A stretch of 64,000 nucleotides of DNA from a virus (Duplodnaviria > Caudoviricetes): positions 1-64,000 of IMG/VR virus record IMGVR_UViG_3300006930_000001. One strand, written 5' to 3'. Below, in pieces: positions 57,973 to 64,000 of this stretch (the stretch's first letter is position 1; the number at the start of each line of letters is the position of its first letter). Made by a program: the position numbers and the translations under genes. The notes beneath the pieces are model-generated. The model had not been told where the DNA came from. It searched no databases and saw only the letters and a list, made by a program, of their open reading frames with translations.

Positions 57973-58262
57973 GAAAAATTAACTGTCCAGATTTGGACGA
58001 TGATGGTAATCCAATCTATTATTTCAATGTAAGTGTTACAGCGAAATGTTGTCAGTATTTTGTTGTAAAAAAGGCAGCAACATATGACGATCATGGAGTA
58101 GTTCAACCAGGTGTGGTTGGATTAGTATATTTCAAATCGCAGGAGTATATACCAAGATCTCTTGAAAATTGTGCATCTATTCTTGAACTTGCTTACAAAT
58201 CATTGTTTGGCAAGACCGGAGATTTTTATGGATGGTTTTTGTCCCAGGTGAAAGCATTATGA
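57963..58262 (+). CDS. Hypothetical protein
   Basis: GGAG RBS; operon context. Confidence 0.55.
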   Translation: MYLGKINCPDLDDDGNPIYYFNVSVTAKCCQYFVVKKAATYDDHGVVQPGVVGLVYFKSQEYIPRSLENCASILELAYKSLFGKTGDFYGWFLSQVKAL

Positions 58263-58777
58263 TGCTTGTGGCATTGGATATAAACAGGGCATCCGGAGTA
58301 AAAGTTTATTCGATGGTAGATCAGGAATACAAAGAGATGGAACTTTCATTTTCTGCAGTATCTGTTCTGTTTCGTGTAGCAATGATGATGCAAGAACAGG
58401 GTTTTAGATCTACGTATCTTCCTGAAGAAATACAAAAATTTAGAGATATTGCTTTCCTGAATAGTCCAATGGGACCAGCATACTTCGAACCAGAAGAACA
58501 TAATTATAATATTAAATTGAGTACGTTCTCATTTAATGTGGAGAAGTTATTCAAGTTGATATTGCCAGAATTGCACAGGTATGCAGAGAAATATTACTTG
58601 CATCCAAATTTCATCATACTTGGTGGTGATTATGTTGCCAGACTCCTGGAACGACAAGAAATGATACCAGAAAGGATACGATTCAATTTTACATCGATCA
58701 ATGCATGCCTGGAACTTGCTCCTGATTTCCGTGGCATATACGTTACCAGAGTAGAGAATCCTGGTGAATTCAAATGA
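58259..58777 (+). CDS. Hypothetical protein
   Basis: Start preferred at MMLVALD (ATGA overlap); track ORF 58232-58777. Confidence 0.55.
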   Translation: MMLVALDINRASGVKVYSMVDQEYKEMELSFSAVSVLFRVAMMMQEQGFRSTYLPEEIQKFRDIAFLNSPMGPAYFEPEEHNYNIKLSTFSFNVEKLFKLILPELHRYAEKYYLHPNFIILGGDYVARLLERQEMIPERIRFNFTSINACLELAPDFRGIYVTRVENPGEFK

Positions 58778-58937
58778 ATATAATACTTAAAGTGGTATAC
58801 AGGGATGGAAGGGAAGAAATTATTGATGATGTTTACCAATACAAAACAAGTTTTGGATGGTTAAATATTATAACTGGATTTCATGTTCATGGATCAAAAT
58901 CTATACCATCTGATTTGATTGCATCTGTGGAGCAGGT

Positions 58938-59561
58938 ATGACTTACTCAATCCTCTACGTTGATTGTCCCTGGCAATACAAAGACAAAGCTAATGCGGGT
59001 AAGCGTGGAGCAGAACACAAATACCAGTGCATGTCCCTGGCCGAATTGATCGGAATGCGTCCATATATTGATTCTATTGCGAACGACAATTCTGTCATGT
59101 TCATGTGGGCTACAGGACCAATTATGCCAGATGCACTAAAGGTAATGGAATATTGGGAATTTGATTACCGGACCATTGCGTTTACCTGGATCAAGACTAA
59201 TCCGAAAGGGACCGGGAGATCCCTGGATACTGGCCAACCATTGTATCTTGCCACATTCCTTAATCGTGAAGGAGAAATTGATACATATGGTGATTTCCTT
59301 GGTATGGGTAATCATACCAGGGCCAATGCAGAATTTGTTCTTCTTGGTGTGCGTGGTAAAGGATTACAAAGAGTAAATAATTCTGTGCGCTCTACAGTTA
59401 TATCCCCTATTAGAGAACATTCCAGAAAGCCTGCAGAAGTAAGAACTGCAATAGAAAATCTATATGGTGAGCAGGAAAGGATAGAATTGTTTGCCAGAGA
59501 GGTTGTTTCTGGTTGGGATGCTCATGGATTAGAAACCGACAAATTTAAATCACCAGAGTGA
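58938..59561 (+). CDS. MT-A70-family adenine-N6 methyltransferase
   Basis: YSILYVDCPWQY (DPPW variant), MFMWAT, WEFDYRTIAFTWIK, GMGNHTRANAE, EHSRKP, RIELFARE, GWDAHG. Confidence 0.88.
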   Translation: MTYSILYVDCPWQYKDKANAGKRGAEHKYQCMSLAELIGMRPYIDSIANDNSVMFMWATGPIMPDALKVMEYWEFDYRTIAFTWIKTNPKGTGRSLDTGQPLYLATFLNREGEIDTYGDFLGMGNHTRANAEFVLLGVRGKGLQRVNNSVRSTVISPIREHSRKPAEVRTAIENLYGEQERIELFAREVVSGWDAHGLETDKFKSPE

Positions 59562-59798
59562 TAATATTGTAATGTGGCACAGACGGAGAGTAACTACTGA
59601 TACCAGCATCAACGTCCGTCTGTGTTAATAACTGATGAAAAATTGTTGTGTTGTGCCTCTGCTTCGGGTCAAACCGTTGTGGAGGTATTGGCCGGGTAAT
59701 AACCGGCACTCCGAGTTCAGGATTGAGCATGACAATCCCCCTAACAACATGCACATAAGTCGGGAAATTGCCTGCAGGGACCAACCCTCCCTGTTATT

Positions 59799-59896
59799 GC
59801 CCCATTCGACAACTGGATGTCCACAGAAATGTGCCAGGGATATTATATCGATCACTGATATTCTTGGAACCACGGTTCGAGTCCGTGGATGGGGTC
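59799..59896 (+). ncRNA. tRNA-like element 1 (non-canonical anticodon region)
   Basis: Acceptor GCCCCAT/ATGGGGT; D arm GACA-ACTGGA-TGTC; CACA-GAAA-TGTG hairpin; 10-bp hairpin 59834-59867; T arm CCACGG-TTCGAGT-CCGTGG. Confidence 0.6.
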
Positions 59897-60148
59897 TGTC
59901 CATCCGTATAATCCAATTTAATGATCTGGTATCCATTCCAGTGAGTTGCTTGGAGTTGGACCGCTGTGAATTAATCGGTAAATAAACAGCATGCGTTGTA
60001 GGAGTTCCGTAAACCTTCCGCCTTTGCTGGTTGTCGTGTTACATCAACCAGAAGTTAAGATGGTTGCTATAAACCACTCGTATATGATTCCGACGCACAG
60101 GGATCTATGGCAGTAAACTCACAATAGGCCATTGTGTTCTGCCGTAAC

Positions 60149-60190
60149 AATGAGGAACGACTGCGATGGTTCAATTCCATCCCCTCGTTA
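60149..60190 (+). ncRNA. tRNA-like element 2 (acceptor plus T-arm minihelix)
   Basis: AATGAGG/CCTCGTT stem, 9-nt linker, GATGG-TTCAATT-CCATC. Confidence 0.45.
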
Positions 60191-60236
60191 TCCCTGACTG
60201 CAGCAGGGCGCTGGCCAGCGTTTTGGTCCAGCAAGT

Positions 60237-60345
60237 AGCAGATAGGTGACGAATTGGTCAAGTCAAATCGTGACTGTTATCAAATGCATCCCTGGTAACA
60301 AGATGGTTCCCAAAGGGTTCGTGGGTTCGATTCCCACATCTGCTA
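60237..60345 (+). tRNA. tRNA-like element 3 (class II-like with insertion; isotype not assignable)
   Basis: AGCAGAT/ATCTGCT acceptor; GAC-GAATTGGTCAA-GTC D arm; CCC-AAA-GGG variable arm; GTGGG-TTCGATT-CCCAC T arm; 4-nt acceptor-D connector and no canonical BHB or U33. Confidence 0.5.
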
Positions 60346-60478
60346 TCTCCCTGGTCCAGTGACAGGGAAAACTTAAAGGAGAATCCTGAAAATGTTACGG
60401 CGGATCGGGAGTCACTGGTCCGAACATTCTCTGCCGTGGGTAGAGATCTTTTTTATTGCTTCTTATCAAAGTTAATAT

Positions 60479-60937
60479 ATGCCAATTTGCAATAAGGGAA
60501 TAAGAGGTTGTGTAATCTGCCAGAACAAGAAGATATCGGATATTGTGGATCCTATCGTCTTTGGTGCAGAAATGAAGATGGCAGACCTCAAGGAAAAACT
60601 TGAGAATCAGTATGGTTTAATGTGTGAACTTACTGAACTAAAGGCTCATGCACGCCATGTATTTTTCATTGATTCTGATTCTATTGACAAAGTTTCTGAA
60701 AAAAAGAAATATGTTATAGAATCAAAAACGATAGACATCATAAATGATGAATTGGCCGAATTGACCACTGCTATGGAAGGCTACAGGAGAAATGGCCAGG
60801 ACAATACCCTTGAGTTCTCTAAGATGCAGAAGACCATGATCGAACTTCTGAACATGCGGGCAAAGATCGAGGGAGAAATCTCTGATGGTGTCATTGTAGT
60901 GCCTCCCTGGTTGGAGTCAATGGATGACCAGGCTTAA
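60479..60937 (+). CDS. Terminase small subunit candidate
   Basis: Directly upstream of TerL; N-terminal GCVIC...HARH; C-terminal coiled coil. Confidence 0.55.
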   Translation: MPICNKGIRGCVICQNKKISDIVDPIVFGAEMKMADLKEKLENQYGLMCELTELKAHARHVFFIDSDSIDKVSEKKKYVIESKTIDIINDELAELTTAMEGYRRNGQDNTLEFSKMQKTMIELLNMRAKIEGEISDGVIVVPPWLESMDDQA

Positions 60938-62369
60938 ATTTTATGATAAGCCACTTACCCTTTTCAATTTAGCAAAAACTGTTCTTGGTTATAACAAAAT
61001 AACTGAAAAGCATCGTAGGGTATGGTGTGATCCTCTTGAAGAGAATCTAAAACGATACCGGAGGCACCTGTATCTTAAACCCAGAGGAACTTACAAATCA
61101 ACATTGTATACCGTTTCTTTTGCAATTAACCTGCTTATACAAGATTGGTATGATAATGGTGGAAAATTTACAAAAAGGATCCTGGTTGCCTCCGCTACAA
61201 ATGAACTTGCAGAACAATTTGTTGGTGAAATAAAGCAACATCTTACCGAGAATGATAAACTGCATCGTGTATTTGGTTATAATCCAGTTAAAAGAGATAA
61301 TCAAAGAGAAGTTTGGTTAAATCCCCGTGTAGTGAAGAAAGAACCAAATATCAAAGCAAAAGGTGCATTGTCTTCACTTACATCGGAACACTATGATATC
61401 ATTATCTGTGATGATATTTGTAATAACGATGATCGTGAATCTGAAACTATACGTGAGAAAAAGAAACGCTGGCTACAAGACCTTATCTCTATCCTTGAAC
61501 CAGACGGTCTCCTGGTGGTAATAGGGACCAGATGGCATTCAGATGATGTCTACCAAGGGATTATAGACAATAATCCAAAATTGCCACAGAGAGAACAATA
61601 TCATATCGAAATAGAAGCAGTGGTAGATCCAGAAGGCAATCTTTTATTCCCATCCATTATAGACCATGAAAAAATTGAATCACTAAAAATTGAGAAGGGT
61701 CTTGTAGAATTCTATTCGCAGTATATGAATAATCCATTGCCAGCAGAAACACAGTTGTTTTCTACCGAAAGGATGTATTTCTACAGCGAATCACCAGAAT
61801 CACTGGAGAAAGAAATAAACTTTGCATATATGGATCCTGCTCTGGGTTCAATTGGCAAAGGAAAGAATGATTATATCGTTGTTCTATTCGGAGCAAAGAA
61901 AAATGGTTTCACTTTTGTAAGAGATTGCATCATTACCAATACCACAACACCAGATGCTGTGATAAAGGAAATGAAGCGTATGTATCGTATGTATGGATGT
62001 TCATACGTAGGAGTAGAAGCAAATGGCTACCAGACACTTTTTGCCAAAGCAGTAAGGGAAGAAGGAATGGTGGTCAAAGAAGTGAGGAGCAATAAGCCAA
62101 AGAACATCAGAATAGAATCCATTGAACCCTGGGTAGCATCAGGAAAGATAAGGTTCAGATCTGACTGGAAAATCCATTATCCGAAGTTAATTGAGGAAAT
62201 GGTTGTGTATCCAATTGGTAAACATGATGATGTCCCTGATGCTGTGCATGGTTTATCTGTGATGGGTTCCAGAAAATTATCAGGGATCAAGAAAGAATCG
62301 CTTCGGAATCTTGTAACAACAAAGACACGGTTGCTTTTAGGGAGGAGAAATGGCAGAAGTCATAATTAA
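60924..62369 (+). CDS. terL: Terminase large subunit
   Basis: PRGTYKST Walker A, IIICDD Walker B, IGTRWH, FYSQYMNNP, YMDPALG, VEANG, HDDVPDA. Confidence 0.93.
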   Translation: MTRLKFYDKPLTLFNLAKTVLGYNKITEKHRRVWCDPLEENLKRYRRHLYLKPRGTYKSTLYTVSFAINLLIQDWYDNGGKFTKRILVASATNELAEQFVGEIKQHLTENDKLHRVFGYNPVKRDNQREVWLNPRVVKKEPNIKAKGALSSLTSEHYDIIICDDICNNDDRESETIREKKKRWLQDLISILEPDGLLVVIGTRWHSDDVYQGIIDNNPKLPQREQYHIEIEAVVDPEGNLLFPSIIDHEKIESLKIEKGLVEFYSQYMNNPLPAETQLFSTERMYFYSESPESLEKEINFAYMDPALGSIGKGKNDYIVVLFGAKKNGFTFVRDCIITNTTTPDAVIKEMKRMYRMYGCSYVGVEANGYQTLFAKAVREEGMVVKEVRSNKPKNIRIESIEPWVASGKIRFRSDWKIHYPKLIEEMVVYPIGKHDDVPDAVHGLSVMGSRKLSGIKKESLRNLVTTKTRLLLGRRNGRSHN

Positions 62370-63717
62370 AGGTAAGAAACTCATAGCAGGTGTTTCTGGT
62401 ATTGAACGTATTGATGGTAGCAAGACAGAGATTGGTCCTTATCAGTTTGTAAACACTACAAACCGGTTTGTCAAATACCAGCAGATGTGTGTCACTTCGC
62501 CACACGTTTTGATATCACTCATTAAGTTGAGTTTATCAATAATCAAAGGATTTAGGATTGAATGCAATAATGAATCAAAGAAGAAAGAATACGAAGAATG
62601 GGCTACCAGGATATGTTTAAGATCAAAAATTCAAATGCTTGTTCTTCTGCTATGCAGGGATGGAACATACATTGCGAATATAACCAATCCCATTAAGGAA
62701 ACATTTGATTTTAATCCAGTTCTTATGGAATTTGCCTCTATTTATCCAATTGGATATAAACCAGATGCAGAAAATGCAACACTTGTTTTACAAGCGCCAT
62801 TTGATAGGATTATTATCAATGAAGGTATTCAGAATGCAGAAGATGAATTAAAACGTGAAGATATCATATATGGTGCATTGTTCCCGTATATTGGAAAAAT
62901 AAAGGATAATAGAGGTAGGGAAACATATGGACTGTATGGATTATCTATGCTTGAATCTATTGAAAATGTTCTTTGTGATTACCTGGATATTACCAGAGGA
63001 TATGCGCAATTCATCAAGAGATATGGTTTTGGAAGGCTTCATATTAATTACAAGGCTTTGGAGGAACTTATCAGGGAAGGAGAAGTCGATGAGGCAATTG
63101 ATGCACTCAATAAATTATCTGAAGAACATGAACTGATAGAACAAAATGAAGACATAATTGGTGCCGGATTTGAAATAAAAGAACTTGATACTGGTGGATC
63201 CAATCCAAACATCACACAATACAAGGAATCCCTGGAGAAAGATATCCAGATAGGATTGCTTCAAGCACCACTTACAATGGGCAGGGCAGAGGGAACGACA
63301 TACGCATCAGGCTACATATCCGAAGAAGAGCGTATGATAACTCTGGAAGGTATACAGAACATCGTAACAGAAATTGTGAACAATGAGATCATCAGGAAGC
63401 GTGAAGGTGCGCAGCCAGGTCAATCAATTGATGTCAGTATTGTATTTGACGAACTATCAAAGCCAAAGGTCGACTCGAAGGACCTTGGGGATGCCCGTGA
63501 CAAAGGTGCAATATCAATCGAAGATTGGCGGTCAAGGAGTGGTTTCCCAGAGAAAAGGAATCCAACACATACGTATGCTGTTGATATCAACAGTAAGCCA
63601 CCAAGCATGAACCCTGCTGATAATGTAGCAAAACCAATCACTGACAAAACCAGTATTACGGATTCACAACGCCAGGATGGACAAAAGGACTTAAATAATA
63701 ACGGTGTCAAAGAATAA
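62350..63717 (+). CDS. Portal protein
   Basis: Follows TerL; ETYGLYGLSMLESI, RYGFGRLHI, IQIGLLQAP...GTTYAS, ITLEGIQ...VNNEII. Confidence 0.85.
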   Translation: MAEVIIKGKKLIAGVSGIERIDGSKTEIGPYQFVNTTNRFVKYQQMCVTSPHVLISLIKLSLSIIKGFRIECNNESKKKEYEEWATRICLRSKIQMLVLLLCRDGTYIANITNPIKETFDFNPVLMEFASIYPIGYKPDAENATLVLQAPFDRIIINEGIQNAEDELKREDIIYGALFPYIGKIKDNRGRETYGLYGLSMLESIENVLCDYLDITRGYAQFIKRYGFGRLHINYKALEELIREGEVDEAIDALNKLSEEHELIEQNEDIIGAGFEIKELDTGGSNPNITQYKESLEKDIQIGLLQAPLTMGRAEGTTYASGYISEEERMITLEGIQNIVTEIVNNEIIRKREGAQPGQSIDVSIVFDELSKPKVDSKDLGDARDKGAISIEDWRSRSGFPEKRNPTHTYAVDINSKPPSMNPADNVAKPITDKTSITDSQRQDGQKDLNNNGVKE

Positions 63718-63719
63718 TC

Positions 63720-63944
63720 ATGGCAAACTTACCAATTGCACCAGTGAAGAAACTTGCGAAGAATGTTGACCGGGAAGCACGTATCGGTGACGATGCTGTT
63801 GCACTTCTGATTCAGATGGCCGAGAAAACCATCACCGATGTAGCAAAAGAGGCATATTCACTTGCATCCTACACAGGAAGAAAGACCATCCAGTCACAGG
63901 ATGTCCGGACTGCCTGCCAGAAACTCGGCATCAAGATCGAGTAA
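63720..63944 (+). CDS. Archaeal histone (HMf-like), virus-encoded
   Basis: LPIAP, ARIGDDA, AKEA..LA, GRKTI..QD histone-fold signature; 2 nt after the portal stop. Confidence 0.93.
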   Translation: MANLPIAPVKKLAKNVDREARIGDDAVALLIQMAEKTITDVAKEAYSLASYTGRKTIQSQDVRTACQKLGIKIE

Positions 63945-63946
63945 AC

Positions 63947-63955
63947 CTTTTTTTG
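63947..63955 (+). terminator. Oligo-T terminator after the histone gene
   Basis: CCTTTTTTTT directly after the stop codon; archaeal T-run type. Confidence 0.5.
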
Positions 63956-64000
63956 TATCATTGACGCATACATATGCTGTATGTCGTCTAAACTTGACGA

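Larger units (their letters stand above)
59562..60478 (+). ncRNA. Putative structured ncRNA locus (about 900 nt) containing three tRNA-like folds
   Basis: No credible ORF in an otherwise gene-dense genome; many stems with G-U pairs on the plus strand; three TTCRAnT loops on 5-6 bp stems. Confidence 0.6.
1..64000. mobile_element. Tailed archaeal virus genome segment (siphovirus-like; probable methanogen host)
   Basis: Terminase, portal, HK97-type capsid, tail tube and tape measure present, no sheath gene recognised; archaeal histone, AEP primase, ERCC4; no cellular housekeeping operons or integrase seen. Confidence 0.92.

Noticed and set aside
59632-59640. Hammerhead ribozyme core CTGATGA
   Set aside because: Could not find stem II followed by GAAA or the flanking stems I and III in the required arrangement
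59545-60261. Track ORFs 59545-59784, 59625-59936, 59635-59985, 60067-60261
   Set aside because: Mutually overlapping, no motifs, atypical composition; they coincide with the stem-rich RNA-like region
59799-60345. Calling bona fide tRNA-His, tRNA-Asn, tRNA-Pyl or tRNA-Sec
   Set aside because: No canonical 7-nt anticodon loop with U33, no clean BHB, and no CTA or TCA anticodon in position
63652-63662. AGTATTACGGA inside the portal gene as another operator
   Set aside because: Second arm is absent and it lies in coding sequence
63945-64000. Window is a complete circular genome joining 64000 to 1
   Set aside because: Joining would extend the 1-304 frame by about 23 codons to a stop, but there is no terminal overlap evidence and the window length is arbitrary

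Overview
The whole window reads as part of the genome of a tailed archaeal virus (Caudoviricetes, siphovirus-like), probably infecting a methanogen. The host call is inferred from an archaeal histone, an archaeal-type thymidylate synthase, an AEP primase, an ERCC4 nuclease, TATA-like promoters and GAGGTG ribosome-binding sites. Layout: (1) 1-6974, nucleotide metabolism and replication genes (dATP/dGTP diphosphohydrolase-like, ThyA, class II RNR, Cas4-like nuclease, primase, ERCC4); (2) 6967-41567 on the minus strand, one morphogenesis block (prohead protease/scaffold, decoration, encapsulin-like capsid, about 17 kb of fibre/adhesin genes including a subtilisin-fibre fusion, a PAS plus holin-like cassette, neck, tail tube, frameshifted chaperone, 1916-aa tape measure, tail tip); (3) 41705-59561, small accessory genes with repeat, hairpin and operator elements; (4) 59562-60478, an ORF-poor, hairpin-dense locus holding three non-canonical tRNA-like folds; (5) 60479-63944, terminase, portal and histone. 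No integrase, reverse transcriptase, CRISPR array, DNA polymerase or helicase was seen. The most promising items are the tRNA-like structured RNA locus, the protease-armed fibre, the divergent histone coupled to the portal gene, a cluster of C(GGA)G triloop hairpins and a repeated promoter/operator grammar. All family names come from motif recognition by eye; no database search was run.
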